Shown: positions 26,074 through 38,754, counted from the first letter of the stretch. The stretch: 64,000 bases of DNA from Lingula anatina (GCA_051362555.1 CM120642.1:33170001-33234000), one strand, 5' to 3'. The notes: a model not told the origin generated them from the letters alone. Numbers and translations: made by a program.

Positions 26074-29000
26074 TAGTCCAAGAAATTGGTGCAGAAAAAA
26101 GGGTGAATTGTGCGTTTTTTACCTACAAGCATGAAATTTGCCACAGTTGTAGATAATGGAATTCTAAGCTTTTTTGGATATATGGGCATGTCTGAAAATT
26201 CCAGTATGGCCGCCAAATCCAAAATGGCCGCCACAAATACTCTTTTAAATTAAAACATCTAATATATAATCCTAAAATGGTTTAAAATATCATTTTATAG
26301 CTGGAAAATATCATGCTATGAATGAATTATCAATATCCGCTTCTACAGGTGTATAGAATTCCAAAATGGCCTCCAAAAGTAAAATAAGCAGTTTACTTAC
26401 GCAAAATATGCAGCAGTTTTGTAAAATCATCAAGCACTTACAATTAAAAGCATAAAAATTGGCACAGTTATGTAGAACATGATTCTAAGCAACGTTGGAT
26501 ATAGGGGCATGTCTGAAAATTCCAAAATGGCAGCCAATTTCAATATTGCCCCCAAAATACCCTTTCAAGGTGAAAGTTATTTGTATAGTCTTTTATAAAA
26601 ATATCATTTAATGGTTAGAAAATACCATTGTATGTATGAAGTATCAGTATCTGCCACTTAAGGTTTTAAAATTCCAAAATGGCCTCCAAAAGTCAGCAGA
26701 CCACAACTATTGAATTGTAATCACTCGTGAATAGGCATGTGGGCTTTGCAAACTACCTGTATAATCAGCATATTCCTACCAGTGCAGGAGCTATTCTACA
26801 GAGTTTTTAAAAAACCATCAAGCATGATACCTTTATTATGTACTGAAAACAGTTCTTCTTTTGATAAACCAACATAAGTAGTTTGACTTTTTGCTCTGGA
26901 TTCTCATTTAGATCAATTCCCAGTTAGCAATCTTCTTATATGGCACTCATGAGTGACTCCCCCTTTCTAAGAAAAAAAGTATCGTGCAAAATCCATAAAA
27001 TGTGAAAGAAACACCAGAATAACCTAGCCTTAAAGAGGCAAATATAAAAAACTTGGGGTGTACTAATTTTGTCTGTTGGTTATGATTCTTCAGCTAGATC
27101 AGTGCATGGCGCTTCATCAAATGCTCATAAATATAACAAAAATGACAGCTAATCAAACATACAGGTCTCACAATTTGGTGTTTTTCATTGGTAAAGTACT
27201 AAAAGCGGCACATTTGCACTCGATAATGTTATGATGTTATCTTGTGCTTCAAAAGTAAATTAGAAAAGCTTCTTATTTAAAAAATTGGCTTTAGTACATT
27301 CGCAGTAATGGCTACCGAGAATTTAGTGAAAATTTATGAGCAAAGAAATACCTGTACCCCAAACAGAGGGCAGGTGTTGATACGTGCTGTATCCAAGAGT
27401 TGCATTCGTGCACTAAAAAAGAAGCACTGATAGGCGCCAAACTTTGGTTTTCATTTGATCATTTGGCAACTTATTTAGTTACAAACTTATACTTTCAAAA
27501 AACTGAACATGAAATAAAAGAATTAAAATCCTCCAGACAGTTAATACATACAAAACTTCAAAAAACGGTGTATTCTGAGGATTACACCAAGAAATTAGTG
27601 CAATATGGACTTTGAAAGGTAAAAATTCATGAGATTTTCGGCATCATTGTCTCTGTGGGACAATCCAGAATGAAGCCATGAGGAGTATTCACTTACTCAG
27701 CTAACAAAATCTACCAGGTAGCTCCTACCACATCTGTTTGTAGTTATGTGTGCAGTTGCTAACTGTGGTGAGGAGAGTCAGAAGCATTGGAAGACTGGTC
27801 CTATAAGGGTTCACACTAGTAACCTACATCTACTAATATGCCATTCCACACTTTCATGTTCCTGTGGACCGTCATGCATGTAAACTGAGTCAGAAGCATT
27901 ATGGAAGTCTGGTCTTATAAGGGTTCACACTAGTAACCTACATCTACTACTATGCCCTACCACACTTTCATATTCCTATTGACCCTGATGCATGTAAACT
28001 GATGCTTTCTGGTGTTAAAAACGACCAATGCCTCTTGGTATTTTGTTGGGGAAAGTTGATTCCATGTAGAAGCTATAGCTTTAAGGAAATACTGGGAAAG
28101 CTGAGGGAAACACAACTACTAGTAAAGCTAGGCACACATTAATGAATGAAAATTATTTAACCAAATAAGTAGAAATTTCGGTGTAGCTAGCTGTTATCCT
28201 CTGTTGAGATATTGTTCATTTACTAAAGTAAAAGGTTGACCGCCCATAAAATGTGCAACACTTACTTGATAAAATAACTTTCGTTAATTTGAAACTTATT
28301 TGTGGAAATACCTTGACATTTTCATATCCTTGACATTTATAGAATTGCTGCATGTGGTGTCACAACTAGACCAAAAGGAGTCCTGTTCCATTTTTTATGG
28401 TCATTTGGGTCTAAATATAACTAAAGGAGCGAAAAACCAAAAAAGAGTAAAGACTGTTGTCAGTCAGATTATATAGTAGTCTTTTTTTTTACTTTAAAAG
28501 GATTTTAGTGGCCATATTAGAATATTCAGACATATCCCTATATAACAAATTGCTTAGAATCCTGTTCTGTACAATTGAGCCAATTTTCATGCTTGTAGTT
28601 TTAAGTGCATGATGAATTCACCATACTGCTGCTGTGAGTGGCCTGTTTTTTCTTATTTTTGGAGGCCATTTTGGATTTCTATACACTTAAAGAATCAAAT
28701 ATTGATACTTCATGCATACCATAGTCTTGTCTAACCATAAAATGTTATCTTAATTATTATAGGATTATATATACTTGAAGTTTTAATTTGAACGGGTATT
28801 TGTGTCGGCTATATTGGATTTGGGGGCCATATATTGAAATTTTTAGACATGCTCATACATCCAAAAGTGCTTGAAATCCTGTTTTACAACTGTACCAAAT
28901 GCCATGCTTGTAGTTTTTGATGAATTAACCACTCTGCTGTATATCTTGGATTAGTAGAGTGCTTTTTACTATTGGCGGCCATTTTGGATTTAATATACCT

Positions 29001-29565
29001 AAAAAAGCAAATATTGATTCTGAATTCATACCGTGGTGTTTTTTAACCTTTGTATGATATTTACGCCCTTAAAAAACTATATACTTGAAGTTTTAATTAG
29101 AAGCCGTATTTTTGGAGGCCATCTTGGATTTGAAGGCCATTTTTTTTTTATTTTCGGATATGCCCATACATCCAAACTTGCTCAGAATTTCATTTTCCAC
29201 AAACCTGCCAAATTTTATGCTTGTAGTTTTAAGTGCTTGATGAATTCCCCATTCAAATGGATATCTTGAATAAATGGTCTGCTTGTTTTACTTTTGGCGG
29301 CCATTTTGGATTTAATACACCTGAAGGATTCATACCATGGTGTTTTCTAACCTTTATATGATATTTGAAGTCATTAGAAGACTATGTACTTGAAGTTTTA
29401 ATTTGAAAAGGTATTTTGGTGGCCATATTGGATTTGACGGCCATTTTGGAATTTCCAGACATGCCCATATATCCAAATTTGCTTAGAATTTCATTGTCCA
29501 TAAGTGTGCCAAATTTCATGCTTGTAGGTAAAAAATGCACAATTTTTCACCAATTTCCTGGACTA
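26074..29565. mobile_element. Non-autonomous Academ-like DNA transposon with long, internally repeated TIRs
   Basis: Termini are TAGTCCAAGAAATTGGTG ... CACCAATTTCCTGGACTA, flanked by a 3-bp direct repeat AAG (26071-73 / 29566-68). The arms are made of about 320-bp AAAATGGCCGCC-rich units (about 2 left, about 3.5 right). TAG termini with a 3-4 bp TSD are characteristic of Academ. No intact ORF. Confidence 0.8.
27775..28001. repeat. Tandem duplication of about 113 bp inside the Academ-like element
   Basis: GAGTCAGAAGCATT...TAAGGGTTCACACTAGTAACCTACATCTACTA...TGCATGTAAACTGA occurs twice. Confidence 0.85.
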
Positions 29566-29640
29566 AAGGTAAATACATTGTATATACTTGTATGCCTTGA
29601 ATATAATAAGATAACCAGAAACATCATTCTGCAATATCCC

Positions 29641-30303
29641 TCAGTTAAAAGACTTGAGAAATCTGCCCCCGTTGCCATTCCATTGCCAGCTAGAGAGAAT
29701 CCCGCACGTGTTTCTTACCCCAGGCGTGAACGTGCGGTTCGATTCCGGAACCTTATTAGGATCGTACGTAGACAGTCGTTTCACAATCGACATCATCTCC
29801 TCGTGACTTGGGCGTCTCATTCCCCTGAATCGCGTGGTAGTGTCAACCCTATACAGCGAGATTTTAGCACCATGGGGTAGCCTGTAATTGGGAAAGTCCT
29901 GTTGCCGTTTTCTTTCTGGCCAGACCGTTGAGGCAGGCGCGGTACGGGCGCGGCTAGCAACCGTTGGTCTGGCTAGACGACTCACAGACATCATTTGCTC
30001 GTGGCTTGTTCTCTGCCTCCCATCATCTGGCGTTCCAAGGGCTGTAGCTGCTCGTCGTTTCAGACGCGGCATTGCCGTTGATGGGCGTCTTATTTGAGCG
30101 GACTCTGCCCTAGGGTAAGGCGTGGTTCCCTGGTCTCTGATCATCGGGTCCGTGGGAGATTTCCCCAGGCGAGTTTTGCTCTGTGGGCGGTTCTCGCCAT
30201 GGCTCTCTGCCACTGGCTGGGACTGGCGGTTCTCATTCTCAGTCATGGCGGGGGATGTCCCCGTCTCTCCTTGTGTTTCATGGGCGTTATTCTCTGCTTC
30301 CAT
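29641..30303 (-). CDS. Uncharacterised 220-aa protein, paralogue of the 404-1234 protein
   Basis: ATG in good context (aaaaATGg) and a GC-rich ORF. VSRLARPTVASRAR and RFRGMRRPSHEEMMSIVKRLS align with VERVTRPTVASRGG and KFKGLRKVDDDELSEIIERLT of the first protein. Confidence 0.85.
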   Translation of the reverse strand: MEAENNAHETQGETGTSPAMTENENRQSQPVAESHGENRPQSKTRLGKSPTDPMIRDQGTTPYPRAESAQIRRPSTAMPRLKRRAATALGTPDDGRQRTSHEQMMSVSRLARPTVASRARTAPASTVWPERKRQQDFPNYRLPHGAKISLYRVDTTTRFRGMRRPSHEEMMSIVKRLSTYDPNKVPESNRTFTPGVRNTCGILSSWQWNGNGGRFLKSFN

Positions 30304-31030
30304 TTTTTCGAATTTACAGTTAAAACACAGTTCAAATGATTTAGTTTACTGTCTATGTTTACCTTAAGTTTCCTCTTCCAAGTTGTAGCTAAACTTCCTG
30401 AAGTATCCTTCTTCAAGTATTTTGATGGCGTACCTTTGATGAGTTTACAGATGATCCTTCAAACAATTTTGTTAGTTACAAAATAAGTTCGTCTACGACA
30501 ATAAATCTCGGCTTCTTTGTCTCTGTTGAATATCGAAGTCGTGCTTCCTTTCAGATGGTATACCAACAAAAATGTTCCACGAATCTCACGTCAGCTGCTC
30601 TTCTTCGTGTGAACGCGGTCATGTCGTTGTAGATAGAACTGTCCCGTTGGCGAAAATATTTAAAAAGTCAATCTGGAGTGCTTGTATATTATGTTGCTAC
30701 TGTGTACTCACAGTGTTTGCCTAGACACCAGAAATCAATGTATAAGTAAATGAAAAAAATCGACGTTTGGCAGACAAAGGTACATTATCGACAAAATCGG
30801 GGGTTCGTTTTAACACCAAATCCAGCACTTCCTTGCCCCCTTTCATGCCGTAATCGTTCACACTTTGGAGGACCCAATAAAACCACAATATACCACTTTT
30901 AACCTGTGTCGACTGAAAGTGATCGATGTACATTTATTGTTGTATAACACGTATAATGAAGAGAGTGGTATTTATATACCGGTATTTTTGTATGACAGTA
31001 TGCGAGATAGTTGATGTATAACAAAACCAG

Positions 31031-31045
31031 TGTGTGTATGTGAGT

Positions 31046-31092
<47 letters not shown>
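31031..31092. repeat. (TG)n microsatellite
   Basis: Read directly from the sequence. Confidence 0.95.
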
Positions 31093-31093
<1 letters not shown>

Positions 31094-31890
31094 TTGTGCC
31101 AGAGCCAGCTGGACGTTGACGCCATGTTTATTTATTTATTTATTTATTTATATTTCAACAACCCCCACAGTACAGGAATATTGGAATCTAGTGAAAAGCT
31201 AGAGAAATATATATGGATATCTAGTGTGAAATAAGTCACTTAATGGCCGTGGTAGAGAGTGCAGCATAATTACTGATCTGTGAATTGTACCAAGAATATA
31301 TTCATGTTTGTACCCGTAGTCTCTTCCAGTGGGATTATCATAGGGTTCATCGTCACGCCTATTAATATTCACGTGTTTCGTAACTTAATTTAAGCATGAC
31401 CGCTTCTCTTAAGGGATTAATTGGTTTACCCTATCAATTATGTGCCTTGTAGACACAATCAGATCATCAATTTGTTAAGTGACCACATTTTCCTGACATT
31501 ATTGTGTAACGGTTGCGTGACGTAAAGTATCGCCTGTTTTAAGTTTATCTAGTTGACAGTTGGCACGTGTGTAGGATTGTGTGGTCTATTTTATGTCCTT
31601 GCTGGGATCCCCTTAGAGAGACGTGAATTGTGTACATCTACACTTCTTTATTCGCGACTTTACACCTGAACTGGAGAAAATGTTCAGAAATAAATAGTAA
31701 TTATTGTGACAATGCATTCTAGACTTGCAGTTACACAACTTTCTAATGTGTTTTCTTGTATTATAAAGACTGGCGTGTGCAAAAAATTCTCTTTATGCCC
31801 GCTTTAGTAGGACCCCTCCACAAGGTGCATGCTTTTTTATTTGCCTGAAATTAAATTCTACACTATATATATTGGCCGGTGTCCATGTTC

Positions 31891-31985
31891 CCCTCACCCC
31901 TCCTCACCCCCCCTCCTCACCCACCTCACCCCCTCCTCACCCCCTCCTCACCCCCCCTCCTCACCCCCCCTCCTCACCCCCTTCC
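31891..31985. repeat. C-rich (CCTCCTCACCCC)n simple repeat
   Basis: About 7 imperfect copies; the minus strand is G-rich. Confidence 0.85.
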
Positions 31986-33161
31986 CCGAACAGCATTATC
32001 ACAAGATTAAGAGTGCACCCCATAAGCTGCTTGCAAAATTAGAAATGTATTAATCCTATGGGCGATTTATTGATAAATTTGTCTTTTTTTCCTTTTTTCT
32101 TTCTTTCTTTTTTTTCTGGGGGGACATGTCATATGACGTTTATTCACGTGTTCAAATCGTCATCTGTGACGTCACACCCAACGCTCTAGAGTCTGTGCGT
32201 GGTTACACATCCAGCAAACGTCGAAGTTTGAGTATTGAACTTTAATTACTGAAGTCTACTGAAGGGTTTGATGTGGCGCAGGTGTGATGCAGCATTTGAC
32301 GCGTTCAAAGTCGACATTGATCCGGCCATAATTAATCATAATACCGCCTAATCACGCCTGAAGCTGTTATCAAAGAGAAATCGAACTCTTACGGCTCGGT
32401 GGATTTCTCATATTATACAAGGATGTTGCAACCAAACTTAAATCAAAATAACTTCTTGCGTATCATTTAATACTTGTGTCTTCAAGGACGACTTAATATT
32501 TATTCCTGCAACAGTTAAGTTTGTCTTCAAGAGGTAGGAATTGGCGCTTGATAATTTTGATTGAGATGCATGCCCCTACGTCTTCTGTTAGAAGCTAGGT
32601 TATGTAATGTGTGTTTTGTGTTTTTCTTTCGTCTTCTTTTGATATTTGAATATTTGTTGTTCCATTGCTTATATTTTGCAGATGTGTAATTCCAGAAATT
32701 CCAGATTAAATTGCAGATATGATAATGTTTGTTAAATTTCAATATGCAAATCAATTAATAAATTGTTTGAAAAACGTAATATCAAGACAGTAATGGGTGG
32801 ATACTCTTTGAGTCAGTTTCATATGTATACAGGTATAACAGATAATTTTTTGTGTTAAGGTGATTTAAACATTGAAAACAGACAGATCATCTTTGTATTT
32901 TAGTATGTACTTGAGTGAACTCTAGCAACCTTTTTTTATTGAACAGTGTTCGTGAAATGGTGGACAACAACCGCCGCCACTAAGGATGTTTGTCTCTTCT
33001 GATATCTCAGACGCCGTTGGGAAGGTATATTAAACCAGGAATCACGGCAAGTAGACGGCAACGATCAAAATTTGGATTTGCAAACATTCTGCGCAGAAAG
33101 AATAGCCTAGAAACTGTAAAAGACTCCACGACTGCATCAGAGCAATACTTTTGTGTGAAAT

Positions 33162-33680
33162 ATGTCCGAATTCATCGAAACTCTTACGAAACGCTTCGAG
33201 AAATCGAACGTCATATTTGAGACGCAGGCTTCTGACTCTGATAATAACAACCAGGCTGAGCAACCCGAGGAAAAATGTCACTCTCGGACTTCAACTGCGA
33301 TGGACCTGAAAACCACAAATCTGTGCCTGCCAATAGAAAACTCTAGAAAATTTGCTCAAAGAAGTGAACCCACAAGTCCTGTGTTAGTCCCACCAAATTC
33401 AGCCGTGTCTGGTTCTCTTAATGCCAGACAGGCGATCCGCCTAACCACCTCAAACAGCTACCCGTGGCTAGAGCTCAGGTCGCCTCGAACGCCCGAACCA
33501 ACAGTGTGCAACACACCTTCAAGGCCTCTCTCTCGGGGGACAAATTCGGTGGAGAGACTCATGCGTCCGACCACGTCAAGCCGCGCACGCTCCAGTGTCG
33601 CTCCAAAGCGCGTGAAGAACCAATCTACACAGACGGGTCCTTCTCCTTACAGCGACGTGGAACCGTATCTCGCTGTATAG
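33162..33680 (+). CDS. Uncharacterised 172-aa S/T/P/R-rich protein with one ERLMRPTTSSRAR motif
   Basis: ATG-initiated, GC-elevated ORF with a plausible acceptor ttttttattgaacag at about 32946. The motif SVERLMRPTTSSRAR is shared with the two paralogue-like genes. Confidence 0.7.
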   Translation: MSEFIETLTKRFEKSNVIFETQASDSDNNNQAEQPEEKCHSRTSTAMDLKTTNLCLPIENSRKFAQRSEPTSPVLVPPNSAVSGSLNARQAIRLTTSNSYPWLELRSPRTPEPTVCNTPSRPLSRGTNSVERLMRPTTSSRARSSVAPKRVKNQSTQTGPSPYSDVEPYLAV

Positions 33681-35075
33681 CCACGTCATGGTGATTATAT
33701 TGTTTGATTGAAATTACTATTATTGTGCTTTTTATAAATTGCTCACATTTTCCCAGCTGTTAACCGACTCAAATACAATTTAATGTTAGGGAATTTCCTG
33801 GGATATAGAAGTCTATATCGATTCAGGGGATGAAAAATGTATGTCAATTATGGACGAAAAATCGAAATACTAGCTGAAACCCAAGCGTATATGGGCTGTT
33901 ATGTTTACTGATTACTTGTTCACTTTATGAGCCATAACTGCTGTTGAATAATGCTGAAAACTGACTTCAAGTTTGCTTTAAATTTATTTTTGTATAAAGA
34001 TCGGCGTATCTACATAAAATGATTTTAACAAGATTCCTTATGTAAAAAGTAGTCGTTATAAAAGATATAAAAATATGTTAGTATAACTTTTGTAGGCTCT
34101 TGAAAAAGCAGCACAACAGTTTCAATAACCACAGTAACGTATTAATTTCATGAACACATTTAGCTTTAGAAGCTAGAAAATTGGCTTCTTTTTACACAGT
34201 GATCAAACAGTTTTAAAAAACATAAAGAATCTTAAATATTTTCAAAAACACTTAAAGCATTAAGTAAAACTCTTCTTACACGTAGAACACCTTGTAGTGA
34301 ATTGGCACCATAGACTCTATCTACATTTGTAAATTAGAATTTTGTGAATAAAGTTATACACTCTGCCTTCATTGCGTATAAATACATATAGTGTCGTGAC
34401 CAGATATGCTTTGGTTTAAATGATTTCACTTGAAATTGCGTTTTTCCCAGTGACCAAGTAAAATATCCGTGAGTGCGAGTTGTAAATGGGCATTAAACAT
34501 ATACCTATTTGTTTGGACACCTTATGCAAAATACATTTTGGACAAATTAAATACAAATTACAAAAATTTGGAGTATTTGAGATCGTTACTGTGTCCTGTA
34601 ATAGATATAAAAATAAATAAAATAATCTTTTCTCTTTATATACCAAATGCTTTGGTCGTCCTTCACAAATAATTTTCGAACTAGTTAACCCTTACATATT
34701 TCAAATCCTTCTGTAATTAAAGTGTGAGTAAGGCACACAAAAGTTCACGAACATACACGATTACCTGTCGACCGCGCACTTGTTCAGGTAGAAAAATGTA
34801 AACATAAAATTATACTTCCTTTAACCTTATCTCTCATCGTTTAATAAAGGAAAATAAGCTTTTTTGCGAACTGCTTCGGCCTTTCTGTCATGAATTCTTA
34901 CTTCATTGCCTTCTTCTACTGTGACTTTCTTCAAAAAAAAAAAAAAAACACACGGAAATGATGAAGATCTTTTTTATCAATCAGTGGTAGAAGTCTTTTC
35001 GAAAAGGCAGGGAAAGTCATGAGTTATGCTAGTAGACTATGGCAGGAATGTTCCTGTCAGTATTTCTTATAATTG

Positions 35076-35232
35076 CAGGCCCGTAGCCAGGGGGAGTCCG
35101 GGGGTTCAAAAGAACCCCCCTTTTTTCTGGGGGAAAAGATCTCGGGGTCGGGGTAAAATTTCATCTAGGTACACGAAGGTTTCATAGTTCAGAAAAAGAA
35201 CCGCCCTTTTGAAATTGCTGGCTACGGGCCTG
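35076..35232. mobile_element. MITE with perfect 15-bp TIRs and 5-bp TSD (hAT5-like)
   Basis: CAGGCCCGTAGCCAG ... CTGGCTACGGGCCTG flanked by AATTG on both sides (35071-75, 35233-37). It sits 22 bp past the FAM166-like stop codon. Confidence 0.85.
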
Positions 35233-35254
35233 AATTGCCAAAGAAACCAGTGAG

Positions 35255-37974
35255 TTAAGCAAAGGTGTAGGACCGTACGACGGCCTCTAAATCCTTCTTT
35301 GAGGGCCCTGTTCTACTCTTCTTCTCGGAGTCCGGGCGGCGTTCCAGGGTGTCTGTCGTCATCTCCCACCAAGTTTTCCCACACCGGAATTTTTCTCCTG
35401 GGAAAGAAAAAAAAATGGTCCATTTATTTAAACAGCTTCTAGCGTTTTATTACACCCGTTTATTTAGGTTTAAATTTCGACAGAAATTCTTCTGAAATTC
35501 TTCTGAAATTCTTATTCTAGAGAAACTTATTCTCCTTTGTAAAATTTACATGAAAACACCCATTTTATAACCAATGTCCAACATCGAATCTTTTCTTTCA
35601 AAAAAAAAAAAAAAAAAAAAAAAAGCAACAACGTCAAGGACTTGTATGTAAATGTATACATGCACAAAGGGTAACGCGAACCCCACCAAAATTTACTGCA
35701 CAAACAAGATCAGCACGCACATTGGTTTTGGAATTCGAATTATCATCGATTGTACGTGACCTGTTTGAAATTCTATTCGTCCAGAGATGAGAGTTACCCG
35801 AACAATGAATCAGTATAAGAACATATTCGACATGTGATCATATTCGACTTAATAGATAGATAGATAGGGACCATTCCCAGACCTTATCATACTTACTGTG
35901 GATCGATCTATCTCCGATGGGGATTCTCGCTAAATTGCAATCAATTTAAGCGGCTTAGAGGTCTGTCACGTCTACTGAAGCTGCTAGGGGGTAATTAATT
36001 ATCGTTTAGCAGCTTCAGTAGGCGTGCCAGACATCTAACCCGCTTAAGCTGTAAGCAATTTAGCGAGAAACCCCTCGGAGGCGGATCGATCTTATTAGAT
36101 CGACCTAAGTATGGGAACCCAGTCATAAATACATATGAATTTGTAAACAAATAAACAAAGATAACTAACCACTGTCATAATCGCAAATAAAGTCATTACC
36201 TGGCACGTGTCCCGCGTAACGAGGTATCATCCCTGTTCTCGTGGGGTAGATGACAGCCGGAGTAGTGCGTGGACTTTGGGGCCACGAGCCCGCCACCTCG
36301 CGGTCTGGCTTCACGGGCGCTCGCCTGACGCTGTTCCAGTGCGTCATGTAGTCCGTGAAGTCGTTAAGAGCCTGGTGACTGAGGAAGGAGAAACATTTGC
36401 CCACCTTGTTTTGTGAGTGAGGGACATGGCCCATGTAACCTGAAAGGTAAGCAGATGGAGTAGTGAAAGGATCTGGTAGAGATTGATCGGTTTTCTCAAA
36501 TATAAAGCTGCTCGTTTGTTTTAAATTACTAACATGCTCACTACAAGAGTGGTGGTCAAAACGGTGAGAGAATTGGCATGAGTTAACTTCTTCACAAACG
36601 TAAGTAAAAAGACTACTCGTTACAAAATACAAAGTTATACAAATGTAGTTACTCGATCACACGAAGAGCACAGGGGATTATTAAAAAAACTTCGGACTGT
36701 CTGGGTGTTTGACTTACCGGACATAAAATATTTCCTCGGACTCGAGTTGTCCATCTGGTAGGGGGACTTGTTGTATTGTTCGGCGGCCTCCATAGACCTG
36801 GGGGAGACGTAGGGGTCAGCTTCCGCCTGTACCGGCTCTAGAGGAAGTCTAAGGTTAAGACGAACGTCCTGGAGGTAGAATAGAAATCATAGATAAATAT
36901 TGTAATTAGTTATGTATCATTTCATTTATGACAGTTATATAATAATAATCATGATGATAATAATGATAATAATAATAATTTACTGCGCTGTTGTTTTACA
37001 ATGACTGTAACTAAACATTGTAAAACGACGATTTTTAAAGGAATATTCACATATTTTGTATCACATTTATCAATAACTAGAACTATGCATTTTAATAGGT
37101 AAAATCATGTGACAAGATGGTATAGTGTCTGGTAGAGCATGCCAGACTGTTAAATTGGTACATAGTGTGTCAGATACTTCGTTATTCCAATGACGCAAGA
37201 TTTTTCCAAAATTTGTTTTTATGTCAACTTGTATTTTAGTGTAATTTTTCGTGGCAAGACCACACTACAGAATACAGAAGTTTATTGACAATCGCCCTAC
37301 ATCCGGGCATGATCAAATACAAATACAAGAAGTAATCCGCAGAGTAATTACCGTAAACAGTTAGATACAATGTATACATTACCGTTCCTTAGACATGATA
37401 ACTGTTACATAATATGAAAGAACTTGTAAAAACTTAAACTGAAAGTTATTCTATCCTTAATATAACCCACCGGCAGTTTAAGACCGTTGTTTGATGGAAT
37501 CTCGTTGGACAACGTATGGTCAGATTCACCACGGGGTAAATACTGCATTTTGGCACCGTCGATGGCAAGTAGATATGATCCTCTTTTTTTACTCTTCTCT
37601 CTCCTTTGTTCCCGCTCGAAATCGGAGATGGCGTCGTTGGCCGTTTCTGGGAAACTCTTCCCCCAATTGTAAAGGTGATGTCTTGGAATATGACCTGTTG
37701 AACAAGAAAATAAGGATGTCTGGTGTGCATTCTTTATCTTTTGAAATGTCTGTAAATGTATAGATTACAACATGACATGTACGAAGACACAATACTTCAC
37801 AAGTATCCTGGAAGGATAACAAATACTGTCAACAATTGCAAAGAATGTAAAAATTGTATGATGCTTATTTTTTCGTTGTACATGTTGAATCCATAGATGT
37901 GATCCGATTTAAACAGTGCTGTATCGTATGGTCACATTGTGCATTACTGAATAGAGTTGCGAGTAGTGCACGTG

Positions 37975-38018
<44 letters not shown>

Positions 38019-38547
38019 TTTTTCTTTCATTGTCTTTTGCATGAATGTTACAAAGGAATAATTCATTTTTTAAAATTTAGCGAGAGAGAGAGAGACAGAT
38101 AGAGAGAGAGAAAGGGAGAGAGAAGTGGGATCGATATTTTACGATTCGCAGTGAAAGCGCCGTCACCTTTAACTTCTCAAATCGATTAATCCGTAGGGAC
38201 ATTAACTCCTTCGGTAAACGCTTTATCAGGCGTTCAATCAATCAAAGAAAACACACAGGGTAATAACCACAGACGACAGGCATTGCTTGCCAATTAGTTA
38301 ATACGTACCTGAATAACCCGCGATCATTCCTTCGTTGAATTTCTCCGAGCGTCCCAGTCTTTCGGATCTAGCATGCAGCAGAGCTTTTTTCTCTTTTTCC
38401 TTCTCTCCATCATCGGACTTGTGGATGCTCCTGAGAAGAGAGTGGTCGGAGTGGGGAACGCCAGGGTCCTTCAGCAGACGCGCCGTCACTTTCCCGATGG
38501 ACTCGCCCACACCGTGGAACTTGTACATAGGAATGTGGCCGGCATAG
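35255..38547 (-). CDS. CIMIP2B: FAM166/CIMIP2-family ciliary microtubule inner protein (FAM166B-like); exons 38309-38547, 37471-37694, 36718-36868, 36200-36439, 35255-35397
   Basis: Five GT-AG exons join in frame (phases 2/1/0/1/1). They give four PYG-type repeats: YAGHIPMYKFHGVGESIG, MIAGYSGHIPRHHLYNWGKSF, KYFMSGYMGHVPHSQNKVGKCF and MIPRYAGHVPGEKFRCGKTW. The SPYQMDNSSPRKYFMSG segment is typical of FAM166B-like proteins. Stop TAA at 35255-57. The paralogue assignment (A, B or C) is tentative. Confidence 0.9.
35866..36120. mobile_element. Palindromic family A MITE (PIF/Harbinger-like) in a FAM166-like intron
   Basis: GGGACCATTCCCAGA ... TATGGGAACCC ends; long inverted arms surround the central AGGGGGTAATTAATTATC. 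Confidence 0.8.
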
Positions 38548-38754
38548 CTATGGGAAATTTTGAAAAAATAAAATGGGAGGTTATTTCAACTTTTCTCCAA
38601 GTGGCATTATCTGTGTTGTTAGTTTTGTATTGCACGTCTTGGTTGAATCATAACGGTGTACTAAACAACAGGATAAAGCCTGAAAACAATGAGAAATTAC
38701 ATTAAAGTCCACTTAAAGTTCTTCTTTCTTTATTATTATATGTATCCGTTGTAC

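Noticed and set aside
27400-27790. Academ transposase coding remnant
   Set aside because: Only vague Cys-containing fragments are visible, and this cannot be supported without a profile search.
25995-29880. Similar ORFs MAAILDLAAILEF (25995-26234) and MVAILDLTAILEF (29416-29880) as paralogous genes
   Set aside because: They are the two inverted arms of the Academ-like element; the second then runs antisense to the real 29641-30303 CDS.
36440-36632. N-terminal part of the 155-aa ORF 36165-36632
   Set aside because: It is intron read-through; only 36200-36439 is bounded by AG/GT and in frame with the neighbouring exons.
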